DNA from: Zygnema circumcarinatum SAG 698-1b
Lineage: Eukaryota; Plantae; Zygnematophyceae
NCBI GenBank assembly: GCA_037447605.1
Contig: CM074808.1
Span: 2,480,001 to 2,544,000, forward strand
Reading direction: 5' to 3'
Length of the DNA stretch: 64,000 bases
The position numbers were made by a program, and so were the translations under genes. The notes below the pieces were generated by a model. That model was given only the letters and a program-made list of their open reading frames with translations, was not told the origin of the DNA and searched no databases. Of the stretch, positions 37,701-50,040 are shown in pieces. Position 1 is the stretch's first letter, and the number at the start of each line of letters is the position of its first letter.

Positions 37701-40700
37701 GATTCTCTTCACTGGCAACCGTGCCTCAGTTGGCCCAGACTGCTCCTTCACTGACGTACGAGGAGCTGCATCCTGCGAATGGACACCTGACCCCTTCAAT
37801 GGCTGCCTACCTGCACTAAGATTTATCTTCAGTGGAGGGTAAGCTAGGTTCTGTGTGGGGCGTAGAGAAGGAAGTGAGTCTCCGGTCACCAAGGACACTT
37901 CATTGGCTGCTTTGAGGGTTGATGCCTTTCCGGCTGTAGTGTCTGCTTGCTCTCCGGCAGAAGCAGACGAGCCCGCCCTTGCTCCTCGACTAACGGTTTG
38001 TATATCCTTAACGTCAACACTGTTTGCAGCAACAGGGGGAGCCTTCAGTCCACTGCTGCCTTGGGCTTTTGCTTCCGTCCGCGTATCTGCTGAAGAGAAA
38101 TTGCTATACCCAAGTGGTCCCTCCTTTCGAGTACCCTGTCTCAAGCTTGAAGGGTCCTGGACATCGTTGACCATTCCTTGCTCTCTGTCTACCTCTCCAT
38201 TTGCCAGATGGAGCTTCCTCACACCAGGAAAATCAAAGCCATCGCTTGAATCATATGAATCGGAATCAGAGCATGATCCGTCTCCATTACTAAGGCGAGA
38301 AGACTGCTTCCCTTCAGCAAAACTCGCGTCTTTGGTACCATGTGACACAATTTGAAGATCGACGTCTAGTGAAAAAGTGGAGCCCTTTCCCACTTCTGAC
38401 TGGCAACGGATGTCTCCTCCCATAAGGGAAGCGAGCTGTTGGCAGATCGACAGGCCTGCATACATAGAATTTATGTTAGTTAAGATATATGTTAATGGAC
38501 AGGACATGCAACTGGCAAGACTGAAGTACCGAAAAAAACGATACTGGCAGTCTAACCAACTTTCACGCATGTCATCGGCTCCCGCAGGAGTACAGGCATG
38601 AGGGTGGCCCACGCAAATAACAACAGATAAGGCGAAGCAAGCGGCCATAAAATGGGCGATTTGGGGTTTACCGTAGGGTTTCAACGGCTCACTCACCCAA
38701 ACCAGTCCCGCCATATTGGCTCGAGGAAGCCTTTTTGCCGGTCGAATATTGTTCAAACAAACGCACACGCAGGCTCTCAGGTATTCCTTCCCCAGAATCA
38801 GCCACCCGAAAATGAAAGCGTGCGAACTGTTTCCCATCCGGCAGAACTGGTTGTGGTTCTTCCATCCCAATGCTAATCTCCACCCAACCTTTCTGCGTGA
38901 ATTTCACTGCATTCCAAGCGAAGTTGGAGAGCACCTGTTGGAGTCGTGGAGCATCTCCCAAGGGCCTATAAGTCCGGCATCGTGCCTCCACAGTGCTATA
39001 GAGTTGCAAGCCTTTCTTTGACGCTGCAATGCCCACTTGGCTGATAACTGCATTCACAATTCTTTGCAGGTGCAGTTCAGCACATTCGAGAACTACCTTC
39101 CCTTCCTCTATGGAATTAATGTCCAGAACGTCTTCCACGATCTTGCGCAGCTGATGCCCACAGGTGGCAGTCGTCTCAACAAGCTCCTTCTGCTCATCTG
39201 ACAGAGTGGTGTCCTCCATGAAAGAGATATTACCCAAAATACCGTTAAGGGGGTTGCGAATCTCATGACAGAGGAAGGCCAAATGGCGCGTTTTAGCATC
39301 AGCAGCAGCTTCAGCCGCCAATCGAACCGCCATCGCCTTCTCCATGGCGCGATGCATCGTCACATCCTCCATAAAGCACATCACCTGCAAGGGATCAAGA
39401 CTCCCCATGGATGCTGCCTGTCAAGATTCATAACGAAGAGACAAGACTTCTGCAGGACAACACCATGAATCTAGCTCCTAGATATTTCAAGCTGGATGAG
39501 ATAAATCTGAACTTTCTTGAAGACTTCACCTGATCCGATTCTAATTATCGTGAGTAACTAAAACTTTGCTGCGTTGAGGTCAAGCTCGCCACACAGGTTC
39601 AATAACGGCGTTGAGAAAATCCTTACGAAGTACGGCCGAAGGATACGATTCAAGATGAATTATTAAAGTAAACCCACATGTTTTTTGGTGCCCAGTGGAA
39701 GCACAACAAGGCCATCATCACTTTGGGAAAAGCTTTCAAAGGAAGAGTGAGTAGGCAGTGAAGTATGCGTCACATATGCATCAGCAACTACAGAAGGTGA
39801 TGGGTATAGCCAGTAGTTAGTTCATGATATCTCGTGTCGAGTATAGTGGGAGGAATCAACCATCAGCTTACCTGGGATGTGCTTGAGAAATCGTCCTTAC
39901 GAAGCTGAATGTTCAGAACCGAATCGACACTTCTGCCTTCATCATTCACAAACTTGAACTGTATAAGCGGAGTCTCGTGGCCTGCGAGAGCTCGCTGGAT
40001 AGCAAACTCCAAAGAGAGGAGTGTATCTCTCTCGGGCACCATAAGCCTTTTTTCCAAACCCACTAGCTCTCCCACCAGGTTCTTTCCAATGGCCTGCTCT
40101 TTCGCAATACCGCTGGTCTGCAGCAACACAATAATAAGCAAGCCATGTCATGCCTTCCATATCCTCCGCAATATAAGGTCAAAATGTGGCAGGAATAACG
40201 TATAGCAAGCAGTCAACAGCATCATTTTTTCAAAGTCCTGCTGCACATCACTGGAAGGTCATGACAGCCTCTACACATTCGCATTTCAGTGGCGTAAAAA
40301 AGGTGACGAGTCTTTAAATTTGGACACATAGTGAGGCTAACATGCTACTCACCTTAGCCATGGCATTGTTCCATTCGACAATCTTCCCCTCCTTGTCCAC
40401 TCCCCAAATGGGCATGGTGGCCTGTCCAGACAAAAAGAAGAGACTTGACAGTCAGCAGCAAAGTTCACAAACGGATTTCAAAAACTTCCCGCAATTACCC
40501 ATTTAGCACAAGCAACGCGGCATCCTTGAACACTGTAGAATCGCATATAAAAACCTTGACACCAAAACATAGCAATGAGCTGCTCATCATCCAAACGGCG
40601 ATTAACATAACATCAAGACAAACAGTTTTAGAAAGTGTTTCAATTATGGATCTGAGGGTGGCATGGAAAGGCGCCATAATTTTCACCTTATCAAGCATCT

Positions 40701-43700
40701 GTTTGTAATCTCCGGCACTCTCCTCAAATCGCTTCATCATCCGCTTCTGCTCTGTAATATCTTGCCCAATGATGCTCACGCCAATAACTTCATTCGTTGA
40801 ATCCCATTGAGGAGTCATAGTGGCCATCAAAACCATGGTGCCCACATCGCCTTCCTCACCTTCAGATGCGCATTTTCCTGTCAATGCCACTTTCTCCTGA
40901 TTGGCTGCCATTTTGCTTGTGCACTTCAGCATAAGCTCCACATGGTCCTGGGCTTTGCCTTCCATAGTTTGTTCCAATTTGAGACGTGCAATTTCAAGGC
41001 TTTGCGGAACGAGTACCTCTCCCAAGCCTTTGCCAATAACAGATGCCTGCAAAGCAAATTGAATCCCTTAAAGGCTGCAATTTTGACATTAAGCGGATCT
41101 GCCTCGAGAAGCAATTACCTCAGGAACTTAGGGAAATAACATGTCGACATAAGGAGATTATGCCTGCTATAAATATCAAAAGCTCGCTAAATCCCAAGCA
41201 AAAAGCTTACTCTTCAATTATTGTACCATCAACTTTTACTCGTGGGCCAGATATGAAGTATTCAGACGTAACAAATAATAGAGTGCATAAAGGCCGACCT
41301 AGCCGACTGATTCCTAACAAAACTTTGCTTACCTTTGGCCTCCCTGTTAGCTCTGCGATGCGATTATTCCATTCGGTAATTAGCATGTCCTTGCTAATGC
41401 CCATAATTGGAGTCTTTGAAATCTCCATCATCCGTCCAAGATCACGAGCTACCATAGCCAGATCCTGCATGGCCCTTAGTCTCTCCTCATTGAGCCGAAC
41501 CTGAAGAAATGCAACATTGCAAACCCGCGATCAGGAGTGAAAACAAGTGGAGCCAAACAAAGGGTCTACACTCAGACCCGATCTCTGCCCAAAAGTGCCC
41601 AAAACAAGAAATCCGTCAGTGCAAGCTCCATTGACAACATGCACAGAGCTCACTGCATTGCATTCCTGTTTCATATCTCCTTTGGTCATTGACTCAAACG
41701 TATGAATTCGTTGTGCAACTTCCCCGCCCCCATGATATCATCAACCATCTGGGCATAGCTTCTTGCAGGTCTTGGGGTTTGAGTAACAATTCAAGACACG
41801 GTCTGAAATAGTACCAGCATCATTGTCTTCATCGGCTCACTGTTCCCATTAAGAGTCTCTTGGGCCAACCGTTGAAGGCCCTTCACTCCTGCCAACTGAA
41901 AACATCCGAGAGCGAGCATCGATTAGACAGCTTGGCAAACTCGTAGAAAGGTTTGTCGATTCACCTCGTTCTCCCTTTTGACATGTAGCAATAGGGCTGG
42001 TCTGGTATAGCTGTAGATTTTGCATTTGCTTGACGAACTGAAGTATGTTGGCCAAGTTAGATAATGCCAAATTTGATAGAGTGAGGATGCAATGTACCTC
42101 TCCCGGAGTCCAGGATACAGATCTGGCCACATGGATCAGCCGTTTCGGGTCATCCACTACAGAACTACCTCCCGCCGCAGCATCTATCCAGGCCCACTCG
42201 ACAGCAGCTTGAATGCCTGCAACAAGTACACCGTTAAAATCAGGCCCTGAAACCTTTTCGTCAAGAACATCAAAACACACAGTAGAGCTTCAGACAGTTG
42301 CAAGTGACCATGTAAATGCATTCCATAAAAATTGTCCATTGTAAACAGAATGATGTGCTGTGTTCCGGGCATACGTTTGCGGAACCAAAGGAGGACATCG
42401 GTCTGAGAGATGGAAGCCATCAGAACTCCGCAGATGCCGTCCGGCATATTATCAGCTCTGGGAAAGCCCTCCTCCGCCAAGCTCGCGGTGTGAAACACAT
42501 CTTCTGCCCACGCTTTCTCTCTCGCCCAGCTCACAAGCTCTTGTATCTGTACGGCCAATCCACACCTAATCAGGACATTAGGCAGGACTGTCCGTCCAAA
42601 AGAGAATTGGAGCTCAAGTGAAAGGAGTGTGTGCACCAACGTTGTGCAAATGTAGACATTAGCCACCCAGATCCAAGGAGCCATTATGAGGCTCAGGATT
42701 TTTTTGTATCCAGCAGATTTTGGCACTGTCCCTTCGCTGAACAACAAGAGCTGTCAAATCTGAACTCCAATCTGTCTGTTGTAAAAAGCTACTCAGCGTT
42801 CAGCCCTCTAAAGCTCATCAAAGGGTGATATGACAAATTTCTGCAAAAAATTACCTGTTTGTCAGAAAGGGAGACACCATCTCTCACAACATGGCCACCT
42901 CGGAGATGTGCCACACCATCGCAGGGAACCTGCAGACGTCAGATAAGGAATGTAAACCATGGTGTGATGCAAACCACTACTGTTAATCTAATTAAGTTCA
43001 CCCGCATTGTAAGCCTAGACCTGCCACGTGCACATATCCCTTCCAGAAGTCACAACACTTTAAGAGGATAATCTGTCATATGAACGAGTGCATGCGATTC
43101 ATCCACCAAGGACATGGAGGTGCTTCCTCTTTTTCCGGATAAAAAGACATATTCTGAGGTCTTGCACTGCACTTACGAGCTGTCGTATGGAAGGTTTCTC
43201 GCATACTAAAGAGGAAGGCACTTGATATGTGAGCCGGTCGCAGATCGCCGCCTGCAGACTTGAGATGCGACGGTTCTCTATTCTCTCCGCACCTTTCACT
43301 GATGTCATAAGGTGGGCTCTGAGGGCCTGGGAACCACAAGTACTATCATCAGTCAATAGCTGCCAAAATTGTACTTGCGGAAAAAGACGATAGACATCAA
43401 CAACATGGGAGTGGTGTATTCAACCTCCACCAAGTTTGAGTGAGACAGAGGCAGTGTATCAAAAACACAGATAAGGAACACCTCAGCTTCTCGAGCCCTT
43501 AGCTGTTTCCCAGCGCAACAAGTAGGTAGCATACATTCACTCCTATACAATGACATTCAGCCATGTAATTGCCTTGGCTTGGTCAATTCCTGAACAGAGA
43601 AGCAGGCCACATCAGCAGGTAAATGTGGTAAGACTCAACTCACCTGAACAGTGAACGTGCATGCAGCCCGTTGTGAGGATGGAATAGTCTTCGCCTCGTT

Positions 43701-46500
43701 GTAATTGTGCATGATTATTAAGCCCCAAACTTTCCGCTGTGCTCTACTCACTAAAGTTAATGGCATCAGTAGCAGAGAACGGACCCCAATGGCCAAAAGA
43801 GCTTCACGCTGCTTCGCATCAACACCTGCAAGGATCCAAGTTTACTAAACTTAGCCACCAAGTCAAAGATACCGGAGGCACACTCGCAAAGGCGAGAAAC
43901 ATTAAGATTCCCAGGCAATTTTACTTGAGGTGCTTGATAGACGGGAAAAGGGAGGACTAAGGAGGGATGTACGTTCGTGCCTTGAGATTGCCCAACAATG
44001 CCAAAAATTTGCACTTCCACAGAAAGTGTGAAGTGCTCTTAAAGAAACTTCTACACAGTAAGAAGTGAAATGGATTGAACTAAGTACTACGTCCCAGGAA
44101 AAAAAGCTGGAGACAGACCTGCTAAAGGTGAAGCTGTGAGAGCGATAGGCTGCACGACAGAAGCATCTTGAAGCAGGTCCGACTGTCCGGAGGAAGCATC
44201 GTAAATAAAGCGCATGGGAATCTGCTCTTTGCTGCCATCGTCGAGCCATTCCTGAAAGATAGCAATAACCACAATGAGCTCAACTAGGAACTAACCGTTT
44301 CTAATTCTTACAAAACTGAAGGAAATGAAGTCCTTTCACAATGCTGGAGCCCCAGACACAACAGATGTTTCGACCCATTATTTCATCCGTTTCAGGTGAT
44401 AGCTGCTTTTGGGTCAGAACATTAGCATGGTTAGCAAATGCCATGTAAACACCAAACACATCAAAGCACATCCACAAGCCAAATGAGACCTCACATTTCG
44501 CATGTGCTAGAAAGAAAGCTTGACATGGGTCTAGTAAAAACTCCAAAAAATAAATGAATGGGGTTACCTGCGGGATGTGCGGTTGGGGAAAAAATTTGCC
44601 AAATAGAGGTTCCAAATCATCGTCGACCGCTTCGGCAATAATCTGCAGAGCTCACTCAATCGGATTCAAATTTGGTCTGCGTTCCTGCGTCTATTCCTAC
44701 ATGAATTACGTCATAAATGCATAAATTGCAACTAAATGCTGGCTCTGAATTATAAAGAGACTAAGCCAGACACTACTAGCAGAAATTGGGATCACAGCAC
44801 GTAGCAAAATGTTTACTTTAGGGTTTGTGATAATCCATAAGCCCCACAATGGACGACTCACAATATTTGAATTGTAACTTGACGGCTTACCTGGGCATGG
44901 CTTTCATATGAGAGTTGGCCAATAATCACTCTATTATAACCTGTCAAGTTTCTCAGTTCCTGCGCCGGTTCCACATCCTCAAAGTTAAAGTGGAGCACTA
45001 TAACAGTGCAGAAGCTACAAATAGCCGCCTCCCAAAACAGTCCATATTATTGCCATACAGCGGCGTCTGTACCGTAAGCTCCATCTGCTACCTCAGACTC
45101 CTTAATGCATAATGATCGCAGACTCACGCACTGCTGAGCATAGAGAGAAAATTGTTCAACTGGAGCACCTGCACAGCAGCGTTGCATAGCCATGCAATGT
45201 CCCTGTTGGGTGCAGCTTGAAGTCGATCAATTGCCCTTCGAGCTAGCTGGTGAAAGTGTAGGCGAGTGACTGCCATGAAAATTGCAGCACCTCGTTTGTC
45301 AGTCTGTCACGTCCCTATTCAAACCCAGCTATCCGTCCACCTTTCGTCTCTATTCAAGCAAAGCAGACAATTGTGGAATGCTTATCCCGGTTTAAAAATC
45401 TTTCGCAATTAGTGAAAATCAGGAGAGAAACAAATGAGACAGCTTGGCGTAAGGGTCACAAAAATCCTTAAGCACCTTGCTCTAAATCGCGCTCCAAACT
45501 CACGATAATCCCAGGGCCGGTTTTACAGCCTGTCAAGCAAAGGTAGTGGCCTGCAATTGGAATTGATAGGTCCAACGTCAGAGTAGACGTAACAACGGCC
45601 ATAATAGTGCACAAACGGTCGGACATGCTGCAGCAAACCTTGCAGGCATCCAATTGTTGATCAGGCCAACAGGAACACTTCGCTAACAAGCTGCTTTCAA
45701 CTTACCCGTTTCCCTAAGTAATACACGGCAAGTGCTTGTCCCATGCTCAGATGCCCGTTGAAGTAGAGATACTATGACAGAAAACACCTGCCAAGAGCTT
45801 CAAATAACGTTCAGAGTGCTGATCAAACCATCGAATCCACTCCGCGAGAGCTTTAAGTACAACCATATATGGCAGGGTAAAGGTAAACCTTCACAGCGGC
45901 CAGGATAAGAAATTCTCAGGTGCTACATAGCGTGCAGCAAATAGTGCTAGCTGCTATTAGGAAGTACACAAGAGGCTCTCAGGTCAGCCGGTTTGACATG
46001 CTAGCATGGTTCTATCTTTGGTGGATTCCAATAAACCAGAAGAGAGCAATAAAACTTACTTCTTCAGTGAGCAGCTCCTGAAGCTTCAAGCCCAATGTCG
46101 CCCTCGGTCCTAAAGAAATTACGTGATCTTGGACCTCAATAAACTGCAAGAGATTTTCACTAATGGCCAGAACCTGCAGAACCATGCTCCTCCATTAGTC
46201 CAATGAAGCATTCATCTGAAGCCTATCCATATGAATTGATTCTACTCCAATTCAGTGAATACGTTCATTTCTTCAATTCATTTTCACCAAAGCTCCGCTG
46301 GCCAACCATTGCCAGCACCCGAATTGCAACGTGCCCAAAACAGCAACGCAGCCATAAAAATCACCAGCTCGGGCTCACCCTGGGCGAGCTCTCACCTCGT
46401 GCGTCTTCTCGTCCACTACCAGCACGGCCCCGTGGCTTTGGCACAACACACCCGGCCGAAACGCAGTAACGGAGCGCATGTCTGCCCCGCTGGCAACCAT
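34722..46500 (-). CDS. Phytochrome-like hybrid histidine kinase (PAS-GAF-PHY-PAS-PAS-HisKA-HATPase-long linker-REC) lacking bilin-binding residues
   Basis: More than 20 in-frame exons, e.g. 46500-46396, 46173-46060, 45787-45706, 45550-45476, 44959-44891, 44642-44568, 44251-44119, 43825-43644, 39384-38697, 38455-36267, 36097-36039, 35671-35573, 35247-35130, 34907-34722. Kinase motifs [32 protein letters not shown] motifs IIDDE, LLLDE, ISA, GKP. Confidence 0.92.
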
Positions 46501-46536
46501 CCTTCTGCCGTCAGCGCTCCTCCCTCCGGCCGCGCG

Positions 46537-46599
46537 TCAAGCTCCGCCCGCCTCCCCGCGCGCGCAAGGAGGGCGGGAAGAAGTGGAGGAAGGTGCCAT
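46537..46599 (-). other. 20-codon upstream ORF (MAPSSTSSRPPCARGEAGGA*) in frame with the phytochrome-like ATG
   Basis: ATG at 46599 and TGA at 46539-46537; 99 nt upstream of, and in frame with, the ATG at 46500. Confidence 0.6.
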
Positions 46600-47221
46600 G
46601 GCCTGCCAAGAGAAAGCACGTCCGCAGGGGGCAGCCGTATCTGTGTCCCGCGTTCGTACATATTCGTACACTCCTCCGGGGAGGCACAAACAAACTTGAT
46701 CGAGCGGCCCGGCCATTGAATCCCTCTGTACGGTCCGTATGGTGGCGTACTTTTCTCGTTTCTTTTTGGCGCGGCGACACGTGTCGCGCGGACGATCACA
46801 ATCCAGACTCGTTGGCGCCGTACGGCGCAGTAGAGGACGGATCGGTCAAGTAAAATCTTGGTCCTGCGACTAGATGGACTAGTCATGACTAGTCCGGCGC
46901 ATGACCATTGGCTAGTCGGACCACCATCGCAAGAGGCATGTGTGCATAGGCTCGTGTTGAACACGAGATGGCTGTTGGGTTTGAGAGAGGCGAGGATTGC
47001 ATGTAAGTCGTCGAGCCGATTTGAAACGTTTCTGCAAGCCCTGGATCTTGTCGTAGTGGACTGACTGGAAAGCGCGGCGAATCCATGGATATCCATTTGC
47101 ACGATTGTAGTTTGCAGTTTGCGCCTACAGTACTGGTTTGGGAGTGGAGGTTGCTGTTGGTCTCCTATTGCGAAATCGAGGGCAATCATCACGTGAAGCA
47201 CTCGTGAAGATGATGACGATG

Positions 47222-47316
47222 TGGCATTGATCTCACGATGGCGAGGCCGTCAAATGTACATGCACAAAAACAGCATGTGGAACCACGAGGGACTGGTCGC
47301 CATAGGACCTAGGCAC
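47222..47316 (+). repeat. Dispersed ~85-bp repeat, copy 3
   Basis: tggcattgatctcacgatggcgaggccgtcaaatgtaca...accacgagggactggtcgc...ggacctag. Confidence 0.8.
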
Positions 47317-47339
47317 AAATGAAAAAGGGTAGTGCTAAA

Positions 47340-48242
47340 TTCACACATTTTTTGTCTAGACAGAGACCTTTTTTCGCCGGGCAGATTTAAAAATAGACAA
47401 TAAAGGATTAAAAACGGAAAATGTTTTTTTCACACCCTTTTTGGAATCGATACACACCTTTTTCCTTCAGGTAGATTTTACCCCTGATTTTTTTTGACAG
47501 AAAGAATTATGTGCGGTCCTGCCCGAATCCGATCGGAGCGGAAGATCCGAGCGGATTCTCCACGAGATTGTTCGCGGGTTGGTGCCCTTCACACTTGTGG
47601 TAAATACTAGCCGTCGATTCCCTCGAAGATCACCGTTCGCTCTGCAGCCGGGCTCGGTCCCACCGAATGGCTCGTGCCACGTGTCCAACCAAAGCCGGAC
47701 GCTCGTGCGAGTGCTTGCGTCCCTCGGCCCGAGATTCTCCGCAAAATTATGAGTTGGACCGGCCAGCCAGCGGCGGCTAACCATTGTCAGATGGCAGCCA
47801 ATCACCATCTGCCACGTGGTACCTTGTACGACGTGGTAGATTTTGATTGGTTTAAGCTCTAAATACGGACCCACTTTGAGCCGGCTTTGGCGGGACACAC
47901 GTGGGCAAGTACCATTCGCTGAGACCGATCCCGGCTGCACATCGAACGGTGATTTGCGAAAAAATTGACGGCTGCGGGTCACCGCGCGTGTGAAGGACGC
48001 ACACCCGCGAACGATCTCGTGTCGAATCCACTCGGATCTTTGGCTCCTAGCGGATTCGGGCAGGCCCTAGCATATTTTTTTTTCTCAAAAAAAAAATCAG
48101 GGTAAAAATCTCCCGACGGAAAAAGGTGTGTATCGATTCCAAAAAGCTGTGAAAAAAGCATTTTCCGTTTTTTATCCTTTGTTGTCTAATTTAAAATCTG
48201 CCCGGCGAAAAAAGGTCTGTGTCTAGACAAAAAAGGTGTGAA
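47340..48242. mobile_element. Foldback / long-TIR non-autonomous element (~360-bp diverged inverted arms, ~180-bp spacer)
   Basis: 47340-~47700 is the reverse complement of ~47880-48242; e.g. ttttttgtctagaca, ttggaatcgatacacacctttttcc and gcccgaatcc are mirrored. No coding capacity and no clear TSD. Confidence 0.8.
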
Positions 48243-49224
48243 GACCTATGAAAAAAGGATTCGGTATACGGATTCCCTTAAATGTAGAAGCCTGCCGTTG
48301 CGCCGCCCGACGCGGCCGCAACCGTTTCTGGCACAGTATGGTGGTACATCACGGTGCGTAATGGCGGGCTGGCGGCCGAGGGAGGGATCGCAGGCAGGCA
48401 GGCAGTCCCGTTGCGTTCAGTTGCACACGGCAGCGGCCCAAGGGGTTATTTACGGCACGGCACCGCTCCTCGCTCCCGCCGCTGCTTGGAAGGGAGGGAG
48501 GGAGGGAGGGAGGGAGGGTCCCGACGGCCGCACGGATGAAAGCTGGGCCTTTACTGACCAGAAGCAGTCGGAGATCGGGGGATTGCACTGTGACGCGGCC
48601 TCTTTGCGAAGTAGCGGCAAACAAACTCCGCACCCAGGCATTAGGCACCAGCTCTATTCTGGAAACTTTAACGAATCGAGAGGCGAAATATCGAAGTTCA
48701 TGAAGCTGTTCCGAAGATACTATTACTCGTCCGAAAAATCGTTTGTACGTGTACCTTGAGAAAACTGAAACAACACAAGTGACTCTATTCTCTGCACACT
48801 GCCGTATCTCGGTATCTGGTATCCTGTAAATATGTAGAGCAGAAATGTATTTACGGTGTGGTCACAATGAAGCGGATGAAGCGATGAATAGATTTTCGGA
48901 AGGTTATCGGGTTTGGAAAGGGACTCTCCAGTCTTCACCGAACATACGGTATTGCTCTCCATTGAAGATTTCTGAACTTCCTTTTGGTACATGGAGAACC
49001 ACGAGGAACCAGTCATGAAGGACCCAAGTACAAACGAAAGAAGCAATGAGCTTAACTCTGCTTGGTGGTATGGAGGCACTGTCGCATGTCGCATGCTCCA
49101 CAAGTTCGCCTTGTGAGTTCTGCATTGGTGCAGTACCAGTGTTGCACTTCTTCATAGCCGCCGCTCATGCACGCCGTGCATTCAATCATACATACATTCA
49201 TTTCAAAAAGCAAAAAAAAAAGAT

Positions 49225-49286
49225 GCCGTCAAATGTATACGGACAAAAGCAACATGTGGAGCAACCGGTCAAGGCGATCTAGGAAC
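49225..49286 (+). repeat. Dispersed repeat, partial and diverged copy 4
   Basis: gccgtcaaatgtatacggacaaaagcaacatgtgga...gatctagg. Confidence 0.55.
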
Positions 49287-49914
49287 TGAAAGGAAAGCTA
49301 CGTGCCCAGGAACGCAGCAGGCAGCTGCCGCGAAGGTCGCCCATGTCATCCGGGGGGGCACGTGACGCCGCGCGGCGGGAGGGAGGGAGGGAGGGAGGGA
49401 GGGAGGGCGAGGCCGCGCGTGCATCGATCGCCAAGGGCGGCGGCCACGGCGCGCTCGCGGACGGACGGACGGACGGCAAGCGCGCGCGCTTGTTCGCATG
49501 CAGACGGGCGGCGGCTCGGCTCGGCTCGACTCGCGGCCCGCAGCCGCAACATGGGGCCGCGCGCGGGAGCCGACAGACTCGGCGGCCGAGCGGCAAAAGC
49601 ACAGAACCGTACCGTCGTGGGCGCAGAAATCACGCACAAAAGTAGTTGCTCCCCCCCATCTACCGCGGCGCTGGGTCTGGCTGGCATTACGGGAGGCCGT
49701 CTCTCAGACTTTTAAAAAAAAATCGGCAGTTGTACTGAAGAAAATTGTTGATCAACTGTGGTACTATATGAGTACTTTGCAAATATATTGGTTCAGCTTC
49801 AGAAGAGTACTCGTTTCAAAAAAACTTTACTTCTACTGAAGAAAATGAGTCCGTTCGGTTTTTGCGAGTGCCGCCATAAGAGCCACGCCCGCCCGTCGCG
49901 GAGCTGTCGTCATC

Positions 49915-50040
49915 CACCAGACGTGGCGCCATATAAACTAGCCACGTGCCTGGTCTCGGCATGTGGATGACGTCACTATGGCGCCGACAAGACCGTCGCG
50001 ACACTCATTGATGAAGCCCTCCACCAGCGCGCCACGTGTC
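49915..50040 (+). promoter_or_regulatory. Proximal phytochrome promoter with G-boxes, ABRE-like and TGACGTCA motifs
   Basis: ACGTGGC at 49921, TATAAA at 49932, CACGTG at 49943 and 50033, TGACGTCA at 49968. Confidence 0.45.

Noticed and set aside
36084-38870. 928-aa ORF as a standalone gene
   Set aside because: Its first ~140 codons are an intron or antisense-frame overlap of the kinase exon; the rest is the large exon of the phytochrome-like gene.
34722-46500. Reading the Cys-less phytochrome as a pseudogene
   Set aside because: No frameshift or internal stop found in the traced exons, and the kinase and REC catalytic motifs are intact. One acceptor near 45290 was not fully resolved.
46440-46570. 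Bacteriophytochrome-type N-terminal Cys as an alternative chromophore site (CARGE in the uORF, or VLCQSHG)
   Set aside because: The spacing to the QxHG motif does not match the BphP CxxEPIHxPGxIQPHG arrangement, the first Cys lies before a stop, and the rest of the pocket is degenerate.
47222-47316. Helitron 3' end for the dispersed repeat (CTRR near the end of each copy)
   Set aside because: No convincing subterminal hairpin, and CTRR is followed by G rather than the expected T.
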